From: Patescibacteria group bacterium
Lineage (GTDB): Bacteria > Patescibacteriota > Patescibacteriia > Magasanikbacterales > UBA922
Direction of reading: 5' to 3'
DNA: 64,000 bases
Assembly (NCBI GenBank): GCA_041658785.1
Contig: JBAZZL010000001.1
Span: 5,478 to 69,477, forward strand
Part shown: positions 30,319 to 39,714 of the stretch, piece by piece
Position numbering within the stretch: the stretch's first letter is position 1
How the letters are laid out: each line of letters starts with the position of its first letter
Position numbers and translations under genes: made by a program
The notes under the pieces: generated by a model
The model's database searches: none
Seen by the model: only the letters and a program-made list of their open reading frames with translations
What the model was told of the DNA's origin: nothing

Positions 30319-31383
30319 TTAGTTGTTATCTAGTTCACCGTGATAGTAGCAATTATAGATGGAGATAATAGCCAAAAACAACGAGGCGATAATCGGCCCG
30401 ATCACAAAACCGGAAATACCAAAAAGAAAAATGCCGCCCAAAGTAGTAAAGAGAATAATGAGCGGATGCATTTGAGTATCCTTGCCAATGAGCGGCGGAC
30501 GGATAATATTGTCTATGGTGCTGATGAATAATCCGCCAATGAGGATAACCAGCCCTTGCCAGGTATTTCCAAGAGCAAGCATAATGATGCCGGCGGGAAG
30601 CCAGATAACAAACGAACCAATGGCCGGGACTACGGACAAAGCGATCATAATAATACCCCAAACCAAAGCTCCTTGAATGCCGGCAATCCAAAAAAAGATT
30701 CCGCCCAAAGTGCCTTGCAGACCGCCGACAATGAGCGTGCTTTTCAAAGTAGCTCTAGCCGTAGAAGTGAACTTCTGATAAAGCATTGCTTCATATTTAT
30801 CGCCCAAGGGAGAGACGCGCATGAGAAATTTGAGCAGGCGCGGGCCATCTTTGAAAAAGAAAAACAAAGTGTAGAACATGATAAACAGCATGAAGACAAA
30901 CTTGACTGACACTTGTGTTAAATTTTTAACATTATTAAATAAAAAGATGCTGATTACCTTGGTCGCGTTTGTGGCATAACCTGTCCATTCCGTTTTGATA
31001 TTTTCCACATAAGGAGCAAGGGGGGTGGACTCTAGCCATGCCGTAGCGCCTTGAACATTATTGATAAGACCGTCTCCTCGCGAGACTCGCGTGTACAATT
31101 CAATTGATTCATTGACAATGAGAATAGAAAGCAAGGTAAGGGGAAGGAATATGGTTACGATCACTAAAACCAAAACAAAAACGGAGCTTAAGCGCGGCAG
31201 TTTGATGTGTTTGTCCAGCCAGCTATATATCGGATAAAACAAAATTGCCAATACCGCGGCCCAGAAAATCGGATAAAAAAACGGACGAATGAGATAGAGC
31301 ATGGCAATGGTCAAAATGATGATCAACCCGAAAAAGAAGGCTGAGCGCATTGTGCTAAAATTTACTTTCTCGTTTTTCGGCAT
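30319..31383 (-). CDS. AI-2E family transporter (YhhT/PerM-like)
   Basis: Eight TM helices with the AI-2E conserved C-terminal region. The ORF extends to 31578 across a repeat; MPKNEK at 31383 is the likely start. Confidence 0.75.
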   Translation of the reverse strand: MPKNEKVNFSTMRSAFFFGLIIILTIAMLYLIRPFFYPIFWAAVLAILFYPIYSWLDKHIKLPRLSSVFVLVLVIVTIFLPLTLLSILIVNESIELYTRVSRGDGLINNVQGATAWLESTPLAPYVENIKTEWTGYATNATKVISIFLFNNVKNLTQVSVKFVFMLFIMFYTLFFFFKDGPRLLKFLMRVSPLGDKYEAMLYQKFTSTARATLKSTLIVGGLQGTLGGIFFWIAGIQGALVWGIIMIALSVVPAIGSFVIWLPAGIIMLALGNTWQGLVILIGGLFISTIDNIIRPPLIGKDTQMHPLIILFTTLGGIFLFGISGFVIGPIIASLFLAIISIYNCYYHGELDNN

Positions 31384-31394
31384 ATTTTTATTTT

Positions 31395-31500
31395 TTAATC
31401 CGTCTACGCCTGTGGGCTGCGCCGGACAAGAAGGTGGTTTAATTCCCCGCAGCTTGCTGCGGAACAAGAGTCCAGAGCTTGCTCTGGGGTTCATACCTTT
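31395..31500. repeat. Palindromic repeat family 3 (cttaatccgtctacgcctgtgggctgcgccggacaag ... ccgcagcttgctgcgg ... ccagagcttgctctggggttcatacc)
   Basis: The reverse-complement copy at 51238-51440 is interrupted by a family-1-like insert of about 100 bp. A partial copy lies at 31931-31975. Confidence 0.7.
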
Positions 31501-31657
31501 GATTTTTTTTAAGGCCCTTTGAGGTTTGGGGCGGCAATCGAACGAACTACGCCCCCTTTCCCTTTCAAAGTATAGCACAATTTACAAATCCACAAAATAG
31601 TCCAGCTTTTTGGTTGTCGGTTTTCCGCTCGTTATACCACTCAATTGTTAATCAAAA

Positions 31658-31690
31658 AACCCCGGAGTCCGGGGCTTTTTTATTATCTTG
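31658..31690. terminator. Bidirectional rho-independent terminator (ccccggagtccgggg flanked by A/T runs) at the rpmH 3' end
   Basis: aaaaaccccggagtccggggcttttttatt. Confidence 0.7.
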
Positions 31691-31859
31691 TTTTTCGCGT
31701 CCTTTTGCCAGTCTTTTCATCACTTACTGTCAGCTTGGCTCTGGCTTTGTTCCTGCGCCGTTTCAATACGTCTCTGCCGTTTTTTGTCTTCATTCGAGAA
31801 CGAAATCCGTGGGCTTTCGCGCGTTTCCTTTTTTTGGGTTGGTAGGTTCTTTTTGGCAT
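31683..31859 (-). CDS. rpmH: 50S ribosomal protein L34
   Basis: Hand-translated 58-aa [48 protein letters not shown]..., matching the L34 consensus MKRTYQPS.RKR...HGFR.RM.T..GR.VL..RR.KGR. Too short for the ORF track. Confidence 0.85.
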   Translation of the reverse strand: MPKRTYQPKKRKRAKAHGFRSRMKTKNGRDVLKRRRNKARAKLTVSDEKTGKRTRKTR

Positions 31860-32139
31860 AAAAATTTGTTATACTCAATTGCTAATTAAATTCCGTATAA
31901 TACTCCGTTTTCCCGGCCGCCGACTTTGTGTCGGGATGGAACAATAGTCCAGAGCTTGTTGTAAGGTTCATACCTTCATACCATTGATTAATTTTTTATC
32001 TCTCTACAATTCCCCGCCTTTCCAGCTTCCTAACAATTAAACAGTTTACTTGAATTATAATATTTTGTCAACATCCCATCCTAACTCCTTTCCCAACATA
32101 CTCAAGAAACCAAAATATCCGTCGTTTTATTTTAAAAAT

Positions 32140-33258
32140 TTACTGCCTGATTGGCATTATAATATATAAATAATCCTCTTTTCCTTTTTCTTTTATTAAG
32201 CATGGGGCGTCCGCGCTGTTCATCAACAATTCAATATCACCGCTCATCTGCAGCAAGCCGTCAAGAAGATACCGGTGATTGAGTAGAATTGAATTCTCTT
32301 CGCCCGTTACATCAGCATCAATTTCTGAACTATGTTCTCCTTTTTGCGTGCTCATAGAAGAAATACCAACAGTATTATTTGACGCGTTAAAATCAAAAGA
32401 AACAGCATTCACTCCTGCGGTAGTAAACAAACTGGCGGCCTTTATTTTGTTTATCATTACTTCTAAAGGAAAAGTCGCTGTTGTTTTGAAAGCTGCTGGA
32501 ATTATCTGCGTGTAATCTGGGTACTTTCCATCAATCAGCCTGGTGCTAAATTCGTAATTATCATATTGAAAGAGAAGTTGTGTATTGCTGATCAAAACAC
32601 GCGCCTGTATTTCATCATTCTTTTTTTCCAAACCAAGCAACCTCGCCATTTCATACGCTGCGCGAGCAGGCACTATGCAATTACACCCATCTTCTCCTTG
32701 CGCTACAGATACTTTTTTTTCCGCCAGACGATAAGAGTCTGTTGCCGCCAAAACCAACCCGCGGTATCTCTCGGTAAAAAATGAAAAGTTGACGCCTGAC
32801 AACTCAGGTCTTATTTCATTTTTTGCGGCGGCTATCGCTGTTTGAGACAGCGCCTGCCGGAATGGTTCTCCCAACAACAGATAAATGTGCGACGCTTCCA
32901 CCTCTGGCAATATGGGGAATTCATCCGCGGGTGTTCCTTTTATTTTTGTGCTTGAATTCCCGCAAGATACTTTTAATTCGTTTTCTTTTAAACTTATTTC
33001 AACCTGATCTTCTGTGAGCAGGTGAATATAATCACTCAATGTCTTTGCTGGCGCGGTAAATGTCCCTGCCTCTTCTATTTTTGCCCTCAGGTTTGCTTTT
33101 ACTGACATTTCCAAATTTGTTGCTACAAATTCAACTTTCGACTCGCTTACAATAATTAAAATATTTACCAAGATTGGCAGATTGACCTGTCTGCCAGCCA
33201 CAGAACTCACAATATCTAGAGTGTGTGACAAATTTTCTCGCGTGCATGTAAATTTCAT
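32140..33258 (-). CDS. dnaN: DNA polymerase III beta sliding clamp
   Basis: 372 aa with the three-domain beta-clamp pattern, directly downstream of dnaA. Confidence 0.9.
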   Translation of the reverse strand: MKFTCTRENLSHTLDIVSSVAGRQVNLPILVNILIIVSESKVEFVATNLEMSVKANLRAKIEEAGTFTAPAKTLSDYIHLLTEDQVEISLKENELKVSCGNSSTKIKGTPADEFPILPEVEASHIYLLLGEPFRQALSQTAIAAAKNEIRPELSGVNFSFFTERYRGLVLAATDSYRLAEKKVSVAQGEDGCNCIVPARAAYEMARLLGLEKKNDEIQARVLISNTQLLFQYDNYEFSTRLIDGKYPDYTQIIPAAFKTTATFPLEVMINKIKAASLFTTAGVNAVSFDFNASNNTVGISSMSTQKGEHSSEIDADVTGEENSILLNHRYLLDGLLQMSGDIELLMNSADAPCLIKEKGKEDYLYIIMPIRQ

Positions 33259-33589
33259 ATTTTAATTATTTAATTTATTTTCTATTATCACTTTCTTTAT
33301 TTATTATTAATAATATTGTTGTGTATTGTAGAGGAGTGGATAGAGTGGATAAAACATGAAATTGCTTTTTATTGAGTCTAAAATTGAAGGTGGCGGACGT
33401 GGTGTGTTTGTGTTTTTTTGTTGATTAATTGTTTATATTTTTTTGTATTATTTTTTGTTTGTGTATAAGGTGTTTTTGATTTTTATATTTTTCAACAGGC
33501 TGGCGGCAGTTTAATTTTTTTTTCAACAATATTATCCACCGATATATTATTTTTTTAAATCAATTCAATCTGCCTGCGCCGCCTTGAAA
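33259..33589. other. Candidate oriC segment (dnaA-dnaN intergenic, AT-rich, DnaA boxes)
   Basis: Near-consensus DnaA boxes gtggataaa (33345-33353), agtggatag (33335-33343) and ttatccacc (33533-33541), in very AT-rich sequence. Confidence 0.6.
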
Positions 33590-34972
33590 TTATAATGATT
33601 GGGAAAATAATTTTTGTTTTATCAGTTCCAAATCTTGTTTTAACTTTAGATCGTTGTCAATATTGGTGGCAATTTTTGTGTGGGCATGCATTGCCGTGGT
33701 GTGGTCTCTTCCTCCCAGCTCATTTCCGATTGCTGGGTAAGAAAGTTTTAATTCCTCGCGCAGAAGAAACATTATTATCTGGCGGGGGAAAGACACTCTT
33801 TTCTCTCTGCTTTTTCCCAACAGATCCTCAAGAGCAACATCATAAAATTTTGCTATGCCAAAGATAAGCTCTCTTGGCGTTACCGATTTTTTTAGGGTTT
33901 GGCTTTCAAAACTGGCCAAGATTGATTTTACTGTTTCTTCGGTAGGTGTGCTGTTTTTGAGATCATGGTAAGCGGCGATTTTATTCAGCGCTCCTTCTAA
34001 TTCGCGGATATTGCTTTGGATAGAAGACGCGATAAGTTGCAACATTTCTTCCGACAAATCAAATTGTTTTTCTTGGCATTTTTTTTGCAAGATCGCCACT
34101 CTTGTTTCCATATCCGGCGGAGCGATGTCGGCAATCATCCCCCACTCAAAACGGCTGCGGAGCCGATCTTCCATCGCTGGAATGGCTTTTGGCGGCCGGT
34201 CGCTCGTAAGAACAATCTGGTTGCCATTTTGGTGCAGTTCATTGAAGGTGTGGAAGAATTCTTCTTGTGTTTGTTCTTTTCCGCTGATGAACTGGATGTC
34301 GTCGATGAGCAGTAGGTTAACATTCCGATAGCGCTCCTTGAATTCTTTTGCCCTGCCTTCTTTTACAGCGTTTACAAATTCGCCGGTAAATTTTTCAGAG
34401 CTTACATAAAGTACTTTTATTTGCGGATTATTTTCTAGCATTTTGTTGGCAACAGCCTGTATTAAGTGTGTTTTTCCAAGGCCGACGCCGCCATAGATAA
34501 ACAGAGGATTGTACGCATCTCCCGGACGGTCGGCGACCGCGCGCGCAGCCGCGTGCGCGAGCTCGTTTCCTTTGCCCACAACAAAAGAAGTAAAATTATA
34601 TTTTGCGTTTAGACCGAATTGAGAAAGTATCTGTTTTGTTTCACGAGAGTAAATCGGAGTTTGGATGCTGGAAACAGAAGCGTCCTTGGAAAAGGTACAC
34701 TCCAACTCCTGAATATGTTTAATGTTTTCAACCTTATATTCAATTTTTTTAATCCGTTTGTCGGTAATGCGCTCCAGAAGTCTGACAACATCAGGGTGGT
34801 ATTTTTTTTCTAGCCAGCTTTTTGTGAAAGTGTTTGGAACGCAGACAACCACTTCTCCATCTTTTGAAAATTGGCCAATTCCAGTATTTCTAAACCATGT
34901 GGTAAAGTTGGCTTTGGAGATTTTTAGTTCAAACTCAGCAAGAACAGCCTGCCAGATTTCATGATTAGTCAT
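33590..34972 (-). CDS. dnaA: Chromosomal replication initiator DnaA
   Basis: Walker A GGVGLGKTHL, sensor and arginine-finger region, C-terminal DNA-binding helix-turn-helix (ELKLSYPAIGNELGGRDHTT); 460 aa. Confidence 0.95.
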   Translation of the reverse strand: MTNHEIWQAVLAEFELKISKANFTTWFRNTGIGQFSKDGEVVVCVPNTFTKSWLEKKYHPDVVRLLERITDKRIKKIEYKVENIKHIQELECTFSKDASVSSIQTPIYSRETKQILSQFGLNAKYNFTSFVVGKGNELAHAAARAVADRPGDAYNPLFIYGGVGLGKTHLIQAVANKMLENNPQIKVLYVSSEKFTGEFVNAVKEGRAKEFKERYRNVNLLLIDDIQFISGKEQTQEEFFHTFNELHQNGNQIVLTSDRPPKAIPAMEDRLRSRFEWGMIADIAPPDMETRVAILQKKCQEKQFDLSEEMLQLIASSIQSNIRELEGALNKIAAYHDLKNSTPTEETVKSILASFESQTLKKSVTPRELIFGIAKFYDVALEDLLGKSREKRVSFPRQIIMFLLREELKLSYPAIGNELGGRDHTTAMHAHTKIATNIDNDLKLKQDLELIKQKLFSQSL

Positions 34973-35234
34973 AGAAAAATTATAACACCAAGGCTACGAA
35001 TTTATACTAATGATACCCAATATTGCTCCGTCTTTTTTACTTAGCGCAATCTGATTAAAGAATATTTGCGGCACTGGCATTTATTTGTAGATTTGTATTA
35101 TTTTGGAGCAACTGTCGTATTTTAACACACTTTCAAAAAACAAAAAATGGCTTAAAATAGCCAAAAAGTGGGTAAAATGGGGATAAGCTGTGGATAGTGG
35201 GGATAACAGCTTGCGCCACACTGTATCAGCTTAA
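34973..35234. promoter_or_regulatory. dnaA upstream region with clustered DnaA boxes (second candidate oriC half)
   Basis: tggggataag, tgtggatag and tggggataac within 35179-35210, preceded by an AT-rich stretch of about 180 bp. Confidence 0.55.
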
Positions 35235-38200
35235 TTAGTTGATAACAATAGAATGTCTTTCCCCTTCTCGTACAGCGCCATTTTTTAGCTCTACCTCCGC
35301 AATCAGCGCCCACTCCCCCTCCGAGGGCAGACTGTTTAATACAAAAGTAATTTGATTATTAAACAAGTTTGAAAAATCATTAATAGAGGAAAGAAACAAT
35401 TTTTCTTCTCCCGATTTTTGCGCATAGAGATTGATTTTATTGATTTGTTCAAGCTTAAACGGACTGAGGAAAAGCGTGTGTGGAAAATCACCGCGTGAAA
35501 GCGCAAGGTCTTTTCCAATCCACGACACCCCCGGGGGCTCTTCTGGCACGTCTAGGATAAAAGGCACTTTTTCTTCCAAACGATTGCCGATGTCATCTTC
35601 TACCAAAATTGTTAAGGTGTGGGCGCCAGGCGCAAAGTCGCGGGCGTAATAATCCAAATTAAATGGGTATTCGCGCAAAACACTCACAAAGCGCTCGTCA
35701 AGCTTATAAGTGACTTTTGTTACGCCGCGGGGGGCGTTGGCGCGTATATCAGTTTTAATTTGTCTGGTTTTGATGGTAGAGCTTGGAGCAGGGTAAATTA
35801 CACTAAGGCTTGGCATGAGTTCAATTGAATATTCGTCATCCTCTGCGGTTGGCGGTTCTTCAAACGAGATTTCCCACTTCGGCTCTTTTTCTTTTTTCCT
35901 TTTTATCCAATCTTGAATGGCCGCTTCCCAAATATCATACTGGGGATCCTCTCCGGGGCTCGTTGGATAATCTCCTCGCGGGTTATCTTTGTCAACATAA
36001 TGAAGAATGCTGTGTGGCTGAATAAAACTCCTTTCAACAATCAGATGCTCTGGTGTTGAACTGGTTGCCAGCCTGCCGGTCACTTTATTTATTTTCAAAG
36101 CAACACTGCCGTCGGTGGATCCGCGAAGCGTTGGTTTTTTGGCGTCGTTTGCGGGCGGCTCAGGGAAGCCTTCTACGGGCGAGTCTTTGAGAGCCTCCTT
36201 CATAAAAGCGTTCCAAATTTTTGCTGCCACCATGCTGCCGCCGGACCCTTTTTTCATTGGAGCGTTGTTTGTGTTGCCTGCCCAAACTCCAACAGCAAGA
36301 GACGGGGTGTAGCCTACGGTCCAGGCATCAACATAATTATCCGTTGTACCGGTTTTTGCCGCTACTGGCCGATCGGGCAAAGTCAATACTCCACCAGCGC
36401 CAAAAATATATGATCGAGCGCTATCATCACTGAGAATATTTGACATCAAATCAGCAATTTGTTCGTCAAGTACCTTTTCTCCTTTATTTTTTTTGTTTTC
36501 CAACAAAACATCACCACGATCATCCTCTACCAACAAGATGCTTACCGGCTGGTGTCGTATGCCGCTGTTTGCAAACACACCATAAGCGGCAACATGTTCC
36601 AACAATTTGACCTCTCCTCCGCCCAAGACTAAGGTCAAGCCAAAATTGCCCTCGCTTAAAGTGGTATAGCCCAAACGTTCAGCGAATTCTACGCCCTTTT
36701 TTGACCCGACCAGATATAATGTTTTTACTGCGGGGATGTTTAACGACCCTTGTAATGCTTGGCGCATAGTAACCGGGCCGCGTTCTTCCAAATCATAGTT
36801 GAGGGGACGGTAAGATGGCCCGCTTACCGCAAAGTCAGTCACCACATCATAAAGTATTGTGTCAGGAGTGTATCCTTTTTCAAAGGCGGCAGCATAGACA
36901 ATCGGTTTAAATGAAGATCCTGGCTGTCGTTTACCCAATGTGGCAACATTAAATTGACCATTGATTTCTTCATTATTAAAGTTTTTTGAACCAACCATGG
37001 CCAAAATTTCACCATTTTGAGGGTTTAGGGCGACGAGGGCGGTATTATTTGCGTTTGCCTCTTCTAAAATTTTCGTTCCTGGGTCTTCAATAATTTTTTC
37101 TGCTATTTTTTGCATTTCCCAATCTAATGTGGTGATTACTTTATATCCGCCGATGTCTACCGCCTGTTCGCCAAATTTGCTTACCAGCTGCTCTTTTACA
37201 TAGAGAACAAAATGCGGCGCTTCAATTTCGCCGTAATGCTTTTCAAGCGTGAGCGGCCATGCTTGCGCGGCATTTTTTTGTTCCTCAGTAATATATCCCT
37301 CCTCAAACATTCGGCGGAGCACAAAGTCGCGGCGCTGTTTCAAGGCAATAGGATCGTTCAAGTAGCGCGTGGGCGCCTTAGGCAGGCCGGCCAATGTAGC
37401 TGATTCTTGCAGATCAAGCTCTGACACATGTTTGCCAAAATAGCTTTGAGCCGCGGATTCGGCTCCGTAGTTGGTAGAGCCATAAGGAATTTCATTGAAA
37501 TAAATTTTAAGAATTTGTTCTTTTGAATATTTTTGTTCCAGCCGGAGGGAAAGAATTATCTCTTTAAGCTTGCGGCCGACTCGGCGCTCGTTGGTCAAGA
37601 TAGCATTTTTAACCAGTTGTTGGGTGATTGTTGACGTTGCTTCTATCCGTCTGCCGGGCAACAGGCTTTTGACAAAAGCCCGAAAGATGCTGAGGGGGCG
37701 TATTCCTTTGTGTTCATAAAATTTTGTATCCTCGGTGGCAATAACGGCATTGATAAGATTTTGCGGAATATTTTCCCATTCTACGATGGTTCGTTTTTCA
37801 TTAGAAAAAATTTCATAAAGAAGACGTTTTCCTGTTCGGTCGTATATTTTTGTGCTTTGGGCGACTTGGCGGTCGGTCAATTTGTCTGGATCCGGCAGAT
37901 CTTTGCTCGCCCAAGCGATAACAACTGTTCCGCTCAAAAAAGAGAGTACCGCCAAAACTATGATTGCCATGATTAGTTTTTTAAGCAGTTTTTTTTTGGC
38001 GCTTTTTTTGAGCATTGGGCGCTTTTTCCAGATTTTCCATATTTGAGCAAGGAAGAAACGAGTAATTCTAAAGGGTAATAATAAAAAAATGATCAAGGAT
38101 GCTGTTGTTCTGCCAATTATTCTTTTTTTTTGTTTAAAGGCTGCCTGCGGGATTTGCTGTTTTTGGTCGCCATAACTGCGAGATTCTCTGGTTGGGGGCT

Positions 38201-38327
38201 TGTTTATAAATCCGTAGGAGCGCTTATTGGATTGATTGTCCCGCATAAATTTTTTGAGTATTTGACTATAATACCGCCATATCCGTCTTCCATTATAGCA
38301 CGGACAGGGGCGGCTGAACACTTGCAT
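35235..38327 (-). CDS. Penicillin-binding protein 1A (bifunctional glycosyltransferase/transpeptidase) with long terminal extensions
   Basis: GT51 motifs (ATEDTKFYEHKGI; RRIEATSTITQQLVKN), transpeptidase SSFKP, SxN and KTG(T) motifs, a C-terminal extension of about 250 aa. An alternative start MLKKSAKKK (basic stretch plus TM) is at 38015. Confidence 0.85.
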   Translation of the reverse strand: MQVFSRPCPCYNGRRIWRYYSQILKKFMRDNQSNKRSYGFINKPPTRESRSYGDQKQQIPQAAFKQKKRIIGRTTASLIIFLLLPFRITRFFLAQIWKIWKKRPMLKKSAKKKLLKKLIMAIIVLAVLSFLSGTVVIAWASKDLPDPDKLTDRQVAQSTKIYDRTGKRLLYEIFSNEKRTIVEWENIPQNLINAVIATEDTKFYEHKGIRPLSIFRAFVKSLLPGRRIEATSTITQQLVKNAILTNERRVGRKLKEIILSLRLEQKYSKEQILKIYFNEIPYGSTNYGAESAAQSYFGKHVSELDLQESATLAGLPKAPTRYLNDPIALKQRRDFVLRRMFEEGYITEEQKNAAQAWPLTLEKHYGEIEAPHFVLYVKEQLVSKFGEQAVDIGGYKVITTLDWEMQKIAEKIIEDPGTKILEEANANNTALVALNPQNGEILAMVGSKNFNNEEINGQFNVATLGKRQPGSSFKPIVYAAAFEKGYTPDTILYDVVTDFAVSGPSYRPLNYDLEERGPVTMRQALQGSLNIPAVKTLYLVGSKKGVEFAERLGYTTLSEGNFGLTLVLGGGEVKLLEHVAAYGVFANSGIRHQPVSILLVEDDRGDVLLENKKNKGEKVLDEQIADLMSNILSDDSARSYIFGAGGVLTLPDRPVAAKTGTTDNYVDAWTVGYTPSLAVGVWAGNTNNAPMKKGSGGSMVAAKIWNAFMKEALKDSPVEGFPEPPANDAKKPTLRGSTDGSVALKINKVTGRLATSSTPEHLIVERSFIQPHSILHYVDKDNPRGDYPTSPGEDPQYDIWEAAIQDWIKRKKEKEPKWEISFEEPPTAEDDEYSIELMPSLSVIYPAPSSTIKTRQIKTDIRANAPRGVTKVTYKLDERFVSVLREYPFNLDYYARDFAPGAHTLTILVEDDIGNRLEEKVPFILDVPEEPPGVSWIGKDLALSRGDFPHTLFLSPFKLEQINKINLYAQKSGEEKLFLSSINDFSNLFNNQITFVLNSLPSEGEWALIAEVELKNGAVREGERHSIVIN

Positions 38328-38345
38328 AGCAAAGGAGTTTCAGTC

Positions 38346-38374
38346 TTGACACAATTGAGGGGATATGGTATAGT
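38346..38374 (+). promoter_or_regulatory. Canonical sigma70 promoter TTGACA-N17-TATAGT for the 3D-domain gene
   Basis: ttgaca 38346-38351 and tatagt 38369-38374. Confidence 0.55.
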
Positions 38375-38492
38375 AGAAGCACCAAAAATATAGTAATAGT
38401 ACCCTGGGTATATTCCTAGGGTATTATATTTGAACGGTATTATTGAATTAAAAAATTGGCTTAATTTAGCCAAAAAAAGTAAATAAGAAAAT

Positions 38493-39029
38493 ATGGCCAT
38501 ATTTAAGCGAAAAATATACCAAAGCATATATGAAGCCTCAATCTCTGTTGTTTTGGTTGTTAGTTTGTCTATATCAATAACTACCCCACAGGTGGTAAAT
38601 GCCGAAACGCAAGAGGATGCAGGGCATGATTTGATGATTTTAAATGTTCCGTTTGAAGCGGAAGAATTAAATACATTTTCAGGAGCTTTTCCTCTTTCGG
38701 CAGACCGAAAGCCAGTAAAAACCATCAAAGCGGTTGCTACTGCTTATACTAGCCATGTTTGGCAAACAGACGATACGCCATGTATTACGGCTAATGGGTT
38801 TGATTTATGCGAGTTTTATGAAAAGAAAGGTTTTGGCAACACCATTGCCTCCAACTTTTTGCCTATGGGGACGCAAGTTCGTTTTCCGGAAATATTTGGT
38901 GACAAGATTTTTGTCGTACGTGACCGGATGAATGCCAGATATGGATATGGCAGAATTGATATCTGGATGCCAGAATTGCCCGAAGCCAAGGTCTTCGGCG
39001 TGAAGCGGTTGGTGATGGAAGTATTTTAA
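38493..39029 (+). CDS. 3D-domain protein (MltA/YuiC-like cell-wall-binding domain)
   Basis: Signal peptide plus a C-terminal 3D domain (...TASG...VAVDP..IPLGT.V...G.....A.DTG..I.G..IDIW...). 178 aa. Confidence 0.65.
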   Translation: MAIFKRKIYQSIYEASISVVLVVSLSISITTPQVVNAETQEDAGHDLMILNVPFEAEELNTFSGAFPLSADRKPVKTIKAVATAYTSHVWQTDDTPCITANGFDLCEFYEKKGFGNTIASNFLPMGTQVRFPEIFGDKIFVVRDRMNARYGYGRIDIWMPELPEAKVFGVKRLVMEVF

Positions 39030-39093
39030 TCATGAGGCAGGATGCACCCTTCGGCTTCGCTCAGGGCAGGCTCCGCACGACTCATAACAGAAT

Positions 39094-39120
39094 AAAAATC
39101 CCCTGATGGGGATTTTTATT
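39094..39120 (+). terminator. Rho-independent terminator (aaaaatcccctgatggggatttttatt)
   Basis: Perfect hairpin followed by a T-run. Confidence 0.75.
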
Positions 39121-39155
39121 GTATTGTGCTGCGTGTATCGTGCACCGTGATTCAG

Positions 39156-39227
39156 AGGTACGGGCGGGAATCGCACCCGCGTATAAAGGTTTTGCAGACC
39201 TTTGCCTTACTGCTTGGCTACCGTACC
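39156..39227 (-). tRNA. tRNA-Cys (GCA)
   Basis: Hand-folded: perfect 7-bp acceptor stem GGTACGG/CCGTACC, 3-bp D-stem, anticodon loop CTGCAAA, discriminator U73 (a Cys identity element). The T-loop TGCGATT is atypical (G55). Confidence 0.6.
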
Positions 39228-39468
39228 GTTTGATTTTAGATTTATGATTTTAGATTTCAGATTTTGTAGACCTTTCTCTGGATTTATCTGCCGCAGTTTT
39301 GTTGGGTGAAGAAATAAACGGAAAACACAAAACAAGAATATCATGTTTCTTGTCTTTTTTCAAGGCTATAAACACTCCCCTATTCTTGACACTATTTTCA
39401 TCCTTTGTTATTATTATAAAAGTATGTTTTGGACGGGGCCGAAGGCCCCTCCATGGAAGGAGGGAAAC

Positions 39469-39594
39469 ATGGAAGTGGTGGGATATGGAGTGGTCGGGTA
39501 CTTGGCTGTTGCCACGCTATTTGCGATCGGCGGTGCGTTGCGGGAAGCCATCTTGCACCATCGGCGGTTGCGAAAGCGGACGAAGATCAAGTAA
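39469..39594 (+). CDS. Small GC-rich ORF (41 aa, one TM helix plus basic tail) with a strong Shine-Dalgarno sequence
   Basis: GGAAGGAGGGAAAC ATG. Peptide MEVVGYGVVGYLAVATLFAIGGALREAILHHRRLRKRTKIK. Followed by the hairpin-plus-T-run gcagccggaggcggctgttttttt. Local GC content is far above the window average. Confidence 0.35.
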   Translation: MEVVGYGVVGYLAVATLFAIGGALREAILHHRRLRKRTKIK

Positions 39595-39714
39595 CCGGCA
39601 GGGACGGTGGGTCTGGACGCCAACAGTCCGGTAACCCGCCCTCCCCAATTTATTTTTATGCAGCCGGAGGCGGCTGTTTTTTTGTTTGCGTAAACATGTT
39701 ACAATCTATGTGAT

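Noticed and set aside
31490-31580. tRNA-like signal (tcgaac within a GC hairpin ggggcg...cgcccc)
   Set aside because: It is only a 6-bp stem with a 16-nt loop. No acceptor or anticodon arms can be built on either strand.
39420-39700. RNase P RNA, SRP RNA or tmRNA in the GC-rich patch
   Set aside because: None of the conserved cores are present (GGAAAGTCCGGGCTCC of the P4 region; GGAAGGAAGCAGC of SRP domain IV; tmRNA tRNA-like 3' end). It is more simply read as a small ORF with SD plus terminator.
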